A stretch of DNA of 28,097 nt from Gemmatimonadales bacterium. Its GTDB lineage: Bacteria; Gemmatimonadota; Gemmatimonadetes; Gemmatimonadales; GWC2-71-9. Positions within the stretch are counted from its first letter, which is position 1. The number at the start of each line of letters is the position of its first letter. The DNA is taken from NCBI GenBank assembly GCA_036258655.1, contig DATADG010000325.1, forward strand, positions 1 to 28,097, in the 5' to 3' direction. Shown one piece after another: positions 1-8,207 of the stretch. The translations under genes and the position numbers were made by a program. Below the pieces are notes generated by a model. That model searched no databases and was not told the DNA's origin. It saw only the letters and a program-made list of their open reading frames with translations.

Positions 1-1
1 G

Positions 2-445
2 CGTTACCACAGCCACACCGGGCTTGGCGAGGTCGCCCCAATCACGAATTCTCTTGGGGTTTCCCTTGCGCACCAGGAGCACGATGGTCGAGGTATAGGG
101 GGCGCTGTTATCCGGCAGCCGACTCTGCCAATCCGCCGAAATCGCTCCACTTTTCTCGGCGATCTGATCGATGTCATAGGCCAGTGCCAGGGTCACTACG
201 TCGGCCTCCAGTCCGTCGATGACGGAGCGGGCCTGCTTCCCCGATCCTCCATGGGACTGGCGAATCTTCACCTCCTGGCCGGTCTTCCCTTTCCAGTAGC
301 CGGCAAACTGCCGGTTGAAGTCCTCGTACAACTCTCGGGTCGGATCGTACGACACGTTGAGCAGAGTCACGGGTTTTGGCGCATCGTACCGGAGCCTAGG
401 AGCGGTGGTGCCGGCGACGAGCAGGGCGAGCGCAAGTGCTTTCAT
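2..445 (-). CDS. sbp: Sulfate ABC transporter substrate-binding protein (partial, runs off window start)
   Basis: Not in the ORF track. Manual translation from ATG at 445 gives [12 protein letters not shown]...[18 protein letters not shown]...[33 protein letters not shown]...[53 protein letters not shown] and PYTSTIV are hallmark Sbp/CysP motifs. A GAGG RBS-like sequence lies just upstream. Confidence 0.95.
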   Translation of the reverse strand, partial: MKALALALLVAGTTAPRLRYDAPKPVTLLNVSYDPTRELYEDFNRQFAGYWKGKTGQEVKIRQSHGGSGKQARSVIDGLEADVVTLALAYDIDQIAEKSGAISADWQSRLPDNSAPYTSTIVLLVRKGNPKRIRDWGDLAKPGVAVVT

Positions 446-469
446 CAATTGCCTCTTCAAGTCACGTTG

Positions 470-1858
470 CTAAAAGGAGGTCTGGAACCGGCCGATAACG
501 GCGTTTTCAGATTCCCGGTCGCCGGTAGGTGCGCCGCCGGTGAACTCGGTGCGCTCATAGTTCAGCGCCACCTTCACCGCACGAGTGAAGTGCCAATTGA
601 CACCTATGCCCCACGCCCGGGCCTTTTGGGCGCTGGCGGTGATCGTGGCATAGACCGGGAATGCAGCCTCATCCAGAGACAGCGCTCCATAGCGCGCAAC
701 CAGCTCGACTGCGCCGGTCCCGCCTTCACTCAGGTCGAAAGGCCGTTTTGGAGCCGGACCGCGGAAGCTTGCCTTCTCACCAGTGAGAAACCACGAGCCC
801 ACCGCCTGCCAGGCGCTATGCTCCAGCTGTTCGGTGACACCGTCCCGGGTCACTTCGTTGCGGGAGATCACGTATTCAGCCAGGAGACCGAGTGGTCCGC
901 TGTAGTAGTAGCCCTGAGGAGAGAGCCGGGTCCGGCGGCCATTGGCGTACACGTTTGTTGCCGGGCTTGACGAGCTGGTGTTGTAGCGAAAAAAGGTCTG
1001 CTGGCCGGGAGTGCGATACGATGGAAGTCCTGGCGTGGCGGCCGTGCCCCGCTCTACCCCAGTGCTGGCGGCAATGCCCACGCCCAAGGGACGAAAGCTG
1101 CCCGACCTGAACGGTTGAACGAAGATCCGCCCAACGAAGTCTTTGGCATCACTGAGGTCATCGCCGCCACTGGCGAGGTCGGGAGCACCATTGAACACGC
1201 CCGCCTGGTAAGCCAGCAATCCTTCGGAGATGTCACCCGAGAGCTGGAGGCCGATATCCCGGCTGGGCACCAGATTGGTTGGAAGCCCCCGTTCCGCAAA
1301 AGCGATGTCGGTTGCCGACTGCAACCGCTCCAGTCCCACAGGGGGTTTGAATTTCCCCGCCCGCACCGTGAATTCAGGAGCGAACTTCCCGTCCCAGTAC
1401 GCGTCGAAGATGGTGGGAGACGCGCCGCCAAAATCCGGCATCAGGCGAAACTCGAAATACCGGCTGACAGTGGCCTCGAGAATCGGACGAGCTCGGCGGA
1501 TGAGCAGATTGTCAACCGCCGGCACGGCCTCGCTTTGAGGGAAGAATCGACCGTCGCTCTGGATGTACCCCCGGAACCGGAGAGCGTATCTCCCGTCGGC
1601 CGACTTGATGGTGAAGCCGTCCTTTGCGTTAGCGGTCGCAGACTGTTTGTCCTTGGCCGCCGTTGCCGCACTTTCCGCGGCGATCTCCCGCAAACGCTGA
1701 AGAATTCGAATCTGCTGATCGAGCTCATCTACCCGGGATTCCAGCGATATGGCCTGAGAGCCGCCGTTCTGCTGCGCCAACAGCTGTGGAGTCCCGGCGA
1801 CGATTGCCGAACCCAGCCCAGTCATGGCCCACATTAAAACCGCTTTCGTCATCATCAT
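470..1858 (-). CDS. OprO/OprP-family (phosphate-selective-type) outer membrane porin
   Basis: Signal peptide after the MMM start cluster (1858/1855/1852), N-terminal coiled coil (LESRVDELDQQIRILQRL), motifs IRRARPILEATV, GKFKPPVGLERLQS, FAERGL and a C-terminal Phe (RFQTSF). The ORF-track start at 1912 is probably too far upstream. Confidence 0.85.
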   Translation of the reverse strand: MMMTKAVLMWAMTGLGSAIVAGTPQLLAQQNGGSQAISLESRVDELDQQIRILQRLREIAAESAATAAKDKQSATANAKDGFTIKSADGRYALRFRGYIQSDGRFFPQSEAVPAVDNLLIRRARPILEATVSRYFEFRLMPDFGGASPTIFDAYWDGKFAPEFTVRAGKFKPPVGLERLQSATDIAFAERGLPTNLVPSRDIGLQLSGDISEGLLAYQAGVFNGAPDLASGGDDLSDAKDFVGRIFVQPFRSGSFRPLGVGIAASTGVERGTAATPGLPSYRTPGQQTFFRYNTSSSSPATNVYANGRRTRLSPQGYYYSGPLGLLAEYVISRNEVTRDGVTEQLEHSAWQAVGSWFLTGEKASFRGPAPKRPFDLSEGGTGAVELVARYGALSLDEAAFPVYATITASAQKARAWGIGVNWHFTRAVKVALNYERTEFTGGAPTGDRESENAVIGRFQTSF

Positions 1859-1910
1859 TCCACCCAATGAGTTAACCGACTGCGGCCGCGCTGGGGGCGC
1901 GAGCTCGACC

Positions 1911-1939
1911 ACAATACTCTACTTATCCGATAGAGTAAA
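1911..1939 (-). promoter_or_regulatory. Sigma70-like promoter (TTTACT-N17-TATTGT) overlapped by a 7-9-7 palindrome TACTCTA-N9-TAGAGTA
   Basis: Minus strand: -35-like TTTACT at 1939-1934, 17-nt spacer, -10-like TATTGT at 1916-1911. Perfect inverted repeat arms at 1915-1921 and 1931-1937. It lies between the rrf2 stop and the porin start. Confidence 0.65.
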
Positions 1940-1991
1940 TGGGCAAAGCTCATGCCGTTACAACGACAGGACTACCGAGGAGAGTCGAGGC

Positions 1992-2438
1992 TTACCGTGG
2001 AGGAGCCGGAGGGGCGACCTGGTGGACTTTGGTAAGGAGAGAAGCGAGGCTGGTTCCGTCGAGCACCTTGGCCGTGGCGTCCCGGACTTCTTTCATGGCC
2101 AGGTGAACGCCGCACACCGCCTCGTCCCGGCAATCCGCGCATGGCACGTACGCGGTCTGGCTGGCGCAGGGGACTGGAGCGAGGGGTCCATCGAACATTC
2201 GTACAATCTGGCCCAGGTAAATCTCGGAGGGATCACGCGCCAGCAAGTAGCCTCCGCCTTTTCCCTTCTGACTCCGGAGAACTCCCTGGTTTCGGAGGCC
2301 GAGCAGGATCAACTCGAGGAATTTCGGTGGGATCTGCTGGTCACGTGCAAGATCGGCGATGCGCATCGGCTCGTCGCGCTCACCCTCGGCGAGCGCGAGG
2401 AGGGCTTTGATCGCGTATTTGGCCTTCTTCGAGAGCAT
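1992..2438 (-). CDS. Rrf2-family transcriptional regulator
   Basis: MLSKKAKYAIKALLALA start, winged HTH (IPPKFLELILLGLRNQGVLRSQKGKGGGYLL), GQIVRMFDGPLAP and a C-terminal Cys cluster (PCASQTAYVPCADCRDEAVC). AGGAGA RBS upstream. Confidence 0.93.
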   Translation of the reverse strand: MLSKKAKYAIKALLALAEGERDEPMRIADLARDQQIPPKFLELILLGLRNQGVLRSQKGKGGGYLLARDPSEIYLGQIVRMFDGPLAPVPCASQTAYVPCADCRDEAVCGVHLAMKEVRDATAKVLDGTSLASLLTKVHQVAPPAPPR

Positions 2439-2456
2439 GCCCGGTTGAGGCTTCTC

Positions 2457-3227
2457 CTATTCGCTACAGTCGCAGAACGCCAGCGCCTGCCCTCTACTCA
2501 GCGAGGGACGGAACTCGACACCCTTGAATATCCGGTTGTGTACCTGAAACATGTTCCGGAATCCCGCCCGGCTAAAGAAGTAGGAGCGGTGGTACTCAAC
2601 CGATCCGACACCGATGAGAGGGAGGTGCCGGGTCACCCGCTCCACCAGGCGAGTCTCGAGAGCCATACGTACCCGGCGGGTGCCACGACGGAGAACGGAT
2701 TGTTCGCCGCCTAGTGCTTCCTTATGGAAGCACTCCCGAACAAACTGCGCATCGTGCGGTTGACGAAATTCGACGACCAAGGTGCCGCGGCAGAGGCTGG
2801 CCAGTTTTCTCATGACGGGAACCGGGTCCTTCACGTGGTGCAGCACGTTGAGAAAGAGAACCACGTCGAATTTCTCCTTGACGTCGACATCTTCCAGCAG
2901 GCCCTCATAGATGTCAATCTTGCCATCCCACAACTGGGCAAGCGTGCTTGCAATGCGGAAACGCTCGGGATCGGCCTCAATACCGACCGCACGTTGGGCG
3001 CCTCTCCGGATGGCTTCATGGAGAAAGAAGCCATAATAACAGCCCACGTCCAGCACCGATTTTCCGTCCAGATCAGCGGGATAGATCCGGTCTGCAACCG
3101 GCGACCGATCCACTCCTGGTATAACACGACCATCCGGCAGCGTGATCCGTTGATAGCCCGAGAAAGTGGTCTCATCGATGAACCGAGTCACATCGAACAG
3201 GTCGGAGGTACCGGGGTATCCACTCAT
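2457..3227 (-). CDS. Class I SAM-dependent methyltransferase (CmoB/DUF1698-like motif I)
   Basis: Motif I GKSVLDVGCYYG, acidic post-I (AVGIEAD), FDVVLFLNVLHHVKDP. The start is probably ATG at 3227, one base after the upstream stop, rather than 3251. Confidence 0.85.
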   Translation of the reverse strand: MSGYPGTSDLFDVTRFIDETTFSGYQRITLPDGRVIPGVDRSPVADRIYPADLDGKSVLDVGCYYGFFLHEAIRRGAQRAVGIEADPERFRIASTLAQLWDGKIDIYEGLLEDVDVKEKFDVVLFLNVLHHVKDPVPVMRKLASLCRGTLVVEFRQPHDAQFVRECFHKEALGGEQSVLRRGTRRVRMALETRLVERVTRHLPLIGVGSVEYHRSYFFSRAGFRNMFQVHNRIFKGVEFRPSLSRGQALAFCDCSE

Positions 3228-3228
3228 G

Positions 3229-3996
3229 TTAGGCCACGTTGTCGAGGTCAAACGCCAGTACCGATTCGAGCTCGGGCAGCAAGGTGGTCTTGCTGGACGC
3301 GACGTGCTGACGAATCTGGTCGACTGAGTCGAGCTCCAACCCCTCGCAGTAGAAGCGCGAAAGGAAGTGCAGGTACTCAGTTCTGCTTAAAGGAAGCTTC
3401 TTTATCAGAATCGCCGTGTTGTCCAAGGGCTGGTAGCTCCTGGCGAACTCGACCTCGTATTGCACTGGCTCGAGTCGGTGATGACCCATGACATACAGAC
3501 ACGATACACGATGACAGCCGTCTCCGGCGAAATACGTCGAATTGACTGTCTTGCCGTGCACGGCGCGGATCGAACGACCCGACTGCAGGCGAACCGGGGT
3601 AGACGGATCGTACCCATTTCCGCTGATCGACTTCCAAAGCCGCGCAGTCTCGTGAACCCGGGTGTAGAAGGCGGAGCGGAGCAATGTGTCGTCGGCATAG
3701 ATCTGACGCTGATAGCGCGCACAGGCGACTTCCTTGAACCAGACGTAGTACGCCTTGGATTGCGGACGCTCCAGGAACCCGGGTAGATCGTTCGCGTACA
3801 TGGTCCATTGTTCGCGCAGCAGGCGAACAAACTCGATCCGCACATACAAGTCGTACCGGAGCGGACACATGAGGCGGTCGATGGAGATCGATTCCCCGAT
3901 TCTTCGACCGGAGACGACCTGGCGCCGGGAGCGCCTTACCCGGGCTCGTACCCGAGTCAGAAAGTCTTGCCAGGCCAAGCCACCCCGCGTAGTCAT
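3229..3996 (-). CDS. Uncharacterised protein with ParB/Sulfiredoxin-like signature
   Basis: 255-aa ORF tightly packed between cysD and the methyltransferase. It contains LWKSISGNGY...P-V-L and YFAGDGCHRVS (3508-3522), resembling the SI..nG...Pi.v...DG.HR core of the ParB/Srx fold. Confidence 0.7.
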   Translation of the reverse strand: MTTRGGLAWQDFLTRVRARVRRSRRQVVSGRRIGESISIDRLMCPLRYDLYVRIEFVRLLREQWTMYANDLPGFLERPQSKAYYVWFKEVACARYQRQIYADDTLLRSAFYTRVHETARLWKSISGNGYDPSTPVRLQSGRSIRAVHGKTVNSTYFAGDGCHRVSCLYVMGHHRLEPVQYEVEFARSYQPLDNTAILIKKLPLSRTEYLHFLSRFYCEGLELDSVDQIRQHVASSKTTLLPELESVLAFDLDNVA

Positions 3997-4015
3997 GGCT
4001 TATGCGCCCAGACGC

Positions 4016-4909
4016 TCACATGTATCCGTCACGCCGCAGCGTCTCGAGCCCGCCGCCATCGGCTTTGTCCTGCGCGCGGCCTGAACGCTCGGCGATGTTG
4101 GCGAACTTGCCCGACTGCAGCTCTACGATGATCTCATCGACGTTCCGGGCATCCGACTCCACCGGATTGGTGCAGGTATAGCAGCCCAGGGAGCGGTACC
4201 GCTTCCCGGTCCCCTGGTCGTAGTAGAGTGACACGGTGGGGATGTTCTCCCGGCGGATGTATTCCCAGATGTTCAGCTCAGTCCAGTCGAGTAGCGGGTG
4301 GATGCGCAGGTGCGTCCCTGGGGCAAAGTCTGTCTTGTACTGGTTCCAGAACTCGGGAGGCTGATCCCCCACATCCCAGTGAGACTGGGCGCTCCGAGGC
4401 GAGAAGTACCGCTCCTTCGACCGGCTGCCTTCCTCATCCGCGCGAGCACCCACGATCACGCCGGTAAATGGCTCGGTGTTGCGATCCAGCTCGTAAGCTT
4501 TTTTGGCGTGGTTGAGCCGATAACGGGGCCATTCGCCACTGAGCGTATGCTTGAGCGCGTCAGTCTTGAGCGCCTTGCAGCAGGCAATCCGGTCGATAGC
4601 ACCGTCAGGAAAGGTTCGCTTTTCCTCGAGCGCCTGGCGGTTCTGGCCGTAGATCATGGTCAGATTCCATTCGAGCGCCAGTCGATCGCGATACTCGATC
4701 ATCTCCGGGATCTTGAAGGAGGTGTCGATATGAATGAGTGGGATGGGTACATGGCCGAAGAACGCCTTGCGAGCTAGCCAGAGCAGGACCGTGCTGTCCT
4801 TGCCGATAGACCAGAGCATCCCAAGGTTCTTAAAATTGGCGTACGCCTCCCGAAGGATGTGCACGCTTCGGTTTTCCAGCTGGTCCAGATGATCCATGCT
4901 GCCTTCCAT
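4016..4909 (-). CDS. cysD: Sulfate adenylyltransferase subunit 2
   Basis: [14 protein letters not shown] start, PP-loop [42 protein letters not shown] and a C-terminal GYM. The start is 4909 (overlapping the cysC stop) or 4897 (GGAAGG RBS). Confidence 0.93.
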   Translation of the reverse strand: MEGSMDHLDQLENRSVHILREAYANFKNLGMLWSIGKDSTVLLWLARKAFFGHVPIPLIHIDTSFKIPEMIEYRDRLALEWNLTMIYGQNRQALEEKRTFPDGAIDRIACCKALKTDALKHTLSGEWPRYRLNHAKKAYELDRNTEPFTGVIVGARADEEGSRSKERYFSPRSAQSHWDVGDQPPEFWNQYKTDFAPGTHLRIHPLLDWTELNIWEYIRRENIPTVSLYYDQGTGKRYRSLGCYTCTNPVESDARNVDEIIVELQSGKFANIAERSGRAQDKADGGGLETLRRDGYM

Positions 4910-5502
4910 CAGAGTTGATCCTCAACAAATGCGAGCACTTCCGCGACACACTGCTCGACGCTCAGCACCCGGGTGTCCAACGTCAGCTCGGGTCGCTCCG
5001 GCGGCTCATAGGGATCATCGATCCCGGTGAAATTCCGGATCTCGCCTCGGCGTGCCCGAGCATAAAGTCCCTTCACATCGCGACGCTCACACTCTTCCAG
5101 CGGCGTCGCGACATAGATCTCGCCGAAGTTCTCGCACAGACTGCGGATGAAATCGCGCGACTCGCGATAAGGCGAGACGAAGGACGCCACGACGGTGACT
5201 CCGTGCGCCGCCAGCCGGCTTGCCATGTATCCCGTCCGCCGCAGGTGTTCCTCCCGCTCGGCCCGGGTAAAGCCGGTGGCGGGAAACACCTCCCGCAGGG
5301 CATCGCCGTCGATGTACTCCACTTCGACGCCCCGGCGCACCAGCTCCTGGTGTACCCGGGTAGCGATGGTGCTCTTCCCCGAGCCGGATAGGCCGGTAAA
5401 CCACAACACCGGCGCCGGAGATCTAGTTCCGGAAACGCTGGCCACGGGAAGGCGACCAGTGCTTGGGGCCGGGGCCATCGAGGAAGACATCCGCTGATTC
5501 AT
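4909..5502 (-). CDS. cysC: Adenylyl-sulfate (APS) kinase
   Basis: [13 protein letters not shown]-loop, [34 protein letters not shown]. Confidence 0.96.
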   Translation of the reverse strand: MNQRMSSSMAPAPSTGRLPVASVSGTRSPAPVLWFTGLSGSGKSTIATRVHQELVRRGVEVEYIDGDALREVFPATGFTRAEREEHLRRTGYMASRLAAHGVTVVASFVSPYRESRDFIRSLCENFGEIYVATPLEECERRDVKGLYARARRGEIRNFTGIDDPYEPPERPELTLDTRVLSVEQCVAEVLAFVEDQL

Positions 5503-5511
5503 CCTCCCGGC

Positions 5512-6273
5512 TCACAGTCCAATGACGAAGCTGGTGTTTCGCAGGTCCGGCTTGTTGTATGTCAGCGGTGAGGGGCGCTCGCCACTCCGGCCGGACTGAC
5601 GGTAGACGCAGTCCCCCGCTGCAACATCCCACTCCATCGTGGGGCCGAGCCGGGGATAGATGTCCGCCCGCCCTTCCGCCACCCAGCAGAACTTGAGTGA
5701 GCTCCCGGCTTTCACCCGTCGGGCCACCGGAATGGTCCGGAGGTATTCCTCCAGCTCCGCCGAGGGATGAGACAGGCTTTCAACCACCGTGAGCGGTGTC
5801 CCGCGATCCGGAGCGGTGGAATAGATCCGCTGCGGTGGACCCCCCTTCTCCTCGCGCCAGGATCCACCGCCTTTTACTGCCCAATAGAGCAAGTCGAGGG
5901 CCGGTGCGAGCACGACACCGAGCACCGGCTCACCCTTCTCGATTAAAGCGACGTTGACCGTAAACTCGGCGCGCCGCTTGATGAATTCCTTGGTACCGTC
6001 AAGCGGATCTACCAGCCAGAAGCGGCGCCATCCGCTACGAGTCTCATAGGCGTCAGCCTCCGACTCCTCGGATATCACGGGAGTGGAGGGATCTATCCGG
6101 CGAAGCCCGTCCACCAGTATCCGATGGGCTGCCTCGTCTGCCAGGGTCACCGGGCCTCGGTCATCCTTCTGCCGAACCGCGGGGTCGACGGCACCGTCGT
6201 AATAGGTCATCGTCGCGCGACCGGCCTCGCGAACGAGGCCGGTGACTGCGGTTCGGAGCTCTGCCGTCACCAT
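5512..6273 (-). CDS. cysQ: 3'(2'),5'-bisphosphate nucleotidase (PAP phosphatase)
   Basis: Inositol-monophosphatase-fold motifs VTLAD, ISEE, WLVDPLDGTKEF, GSSLK, TMEWDVAAG. Its start overlaps the upstream stop by 7 nt. Confidence 0.95.
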   Translation of the reverse strand: MVTAELRTAVTGLVREAGRATMTYYDGAVDPAVRQKDDRGPVTLADEAAHRILVDGLRRIDPSTPVISEESEADAYETRSGWRRFWLVDPLDGTKEFIKRRAEFTVNVALIEKGEPVLGVVLAPALDLLYWAVKGGGSWREEKGGPPQRIYSTAPDRGTPLTVVESLSHPSAELEEYLRTIPVARRVKAGSSLKFCWVAEGRADIYPRLGPTMEWDVAAGDCVYRQSGRSGERPSPLTYNKPDLRNTSFVIGL

Positions 6274-8122
6274 GGCCGGAAGATGATGCCTTTGTCCTGC
6301 AGGTGCGCCTTCAGCTGGTCAACCGATTCCGGACTCGCACCGGCAGGGAGGTGGAGATCGCAGTTGAGATCGGTCGTAATGGTCTCCCCTGCCCAGATGG
6401 TCTCGATCCAGTCGGGCTGCACTGCGGTCTTGATGACCTCGAGGTCCTCCTGCGTGAGCTCAGCCGCCGCGACAATCAGGATGATTCCTGCGTCCAGCAT
6501 CAGATTGGCAATCTCCGCCAGGCGGCGCATGTGCTCCAGGCGATTCTCCGGCTTGCGTTCGATATCGGCATCTACGCCATAGAGCACGCTGCCGATGCCG
6601 AGGAAGTACACCACCTTCCCATCTTCGAACAGTTTGCCTTCCAGTGCCTTCGCCAGACCCTTCCGCTCCATCTCCTGTTCGCCCGTGACCAGGATGAGCG
6701 CGGCCTTCTGATTGTACTTCTCCGCGCGCCGGCCGGGCTCGATGAAGCTGGGCTCCCACTTGTAATTCCGGAGGAGGACTCGATCCCGAACGGCCGCCTG
6801 GCGATCGGGCAGCGCTTCCCGAACGATGCCCCCACCCCGGATCTCATAATTGTCCACGATGACGAAGCGACTGGTTGCGGCGATGTCGTCCGCGAGGTCG
6901 CACGCGATGGCACGATCGAGCTTCAGCACGCATTCGGCGACGTCATGCCGCTGGATGGCATTGCGCTGGGTCGTGGCGTCCAGCGTGGACGCGTCCATCA
7001 CCCGGAGAATGTCCTCGACCCGGCAGGTCACCCGCGCGGTGCCGAGCTTGAGGAGGTACTCCTTCCGCTTGACCATCGGCTCCTTGCCCAGCCAGAAGAG
7101 GCTCACCCGAAGGCGAGTAGTCACCTGAGGGCGAGGCTGTGATTCCAGCGTCGCTATCTCGCCCCGCTTGACGTAGATCTGCTCCTGGAGTGTGAACCCA
7201 ATGGCCGAGCCTGCCTCGGCCCGAGTCTGGGCGGCCGGTTGAAGGCCTCGATGGTCTTGACCCTGCTCTTCTTGCCCGAAGGATAGAAGATGATGGCGTC
7301 GCCAACGTTGACGGTGCCGGTGTCTATGGTTCCGGCCACGATCCGGCGGTCGTCTCCCTGCTTGGTAAACTTGTAGACGTCCTGCACCGGCATGCGGAAC
7401 GGGCGATCGATTGGAGGGGGCTCACTGCGGAATGCGTCGAGCGCCTCCAGCACAGTCGGGCTCTGGTGCCAGGGAAGGTGGTCCGATGGCTCGGCTATGT
7501 TATCGCCACTGCGCGCGGACACCGGAATGAAACAGGCCGGCTCGATCCCCACCTGGGAGAGAAAGGCGCCGTACTCCCGCACGATGCGGTCGTAGACGCC
7601 GCGATCCCACCCAACCAGATCCATCTTGTTGACCACCACGGCGAGCTGGCGGATGCCCAGCAGGGACATCATGTAGCCATGACGCCTGGAGTTTTCCTGC
7701 ACACCCTCGGCAGCATCGATCACCAGCAGCGCCGCCTCTGCCCGAGCAGCGCCGGTAATCATGTTCTTGAGGAATTCGATGTGCCCGGGGGCGTCTAGGA
7801 TCAGGTAGTGCCGGCGACGGCTCTTGAAGAACACCCGCGCGGCGTCGATGGTGATACCCTGCGCCTGTTCGTCCTTGAGCGCATCGAGCAGGAAGGCGTA
7901 TTCGAACGGCTTCGAGTTTAGCTCGCACTGGGCGCGCACCTGCTCCAGCTTGCCTTCCGGAAGCGAGTGGGTGTCGGCCAGGAGCCGTCCGATGACTGTG
8001 CTCTTGCCGTGGTCCACATGGCCCACGATCACGATATTCATGCGTTGCTGCGCCTCCGGCGCAGCAACCGGTGCCCGCGTCGGTGCGAGCGGGGAGGAAA
8101 TTGCGGTCAGACCTGCCTCCAT
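6267..8122 (-). pseudogene. cysN: CysN GTPase subunit of ATP sulfurylase with C-terminal degenerate APS-kinase-like domain, split by a single-base frameshift at about 7229-7231 (real or sequencing error)
   Basis: The upstream part has [14 protein letters not shown] and NKMD. After ...FNRPP the homologous sequence continues in another frame ([25 protein letters not shown]...TTRLRVSLFWLG). Adding one C to the CCC run joins the 7154..8272 and 6267..7124 ORFs into 618 aa from ATG 8122. Confidence 0.9.
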
Positions 8123-8207
8123 CGGGGAATTAGGCCGTGAGTGGCTGGCATGTTGGCCACGGCTCAGAACGGCGGATGTATACCGTGCGGCGGAATGTGC
8201 GAGCGAC

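Noticed and set aside
1824-2714. 296-aa plus-strand ORF, and similar alternative-frame ORFs throughout the window
   Set aside because: They overlap well-supported genes on the opposite strand or in another frame, and have no domain signatures or RBS support.
3229-4909. CysD-like PP-loop gene followed by a ParB-like gene, resembling IbrAB or Dnd-type DNA modification modules
   Set aside because: The PP-loop protein has CysD-specific motifs and sits with cysN, cysC and cysQ. No cysteine desulfurase, Dnd/Ssp genes or restriction partner is present.
7225-7236. Programmed ribosomal frameshift in cysN
   Set aside because: A -1 shift is needed, but there is no X XXY YYZ slippery heptamer. CCC-AGA would favour +1, which is the wrong direction.
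8134-8163. Terminator between wzc and cysN
   Set aside because: There is only a weak imperfect inverted repeat (GTGGC/GCCAC) and no U-tract on the minus strand.
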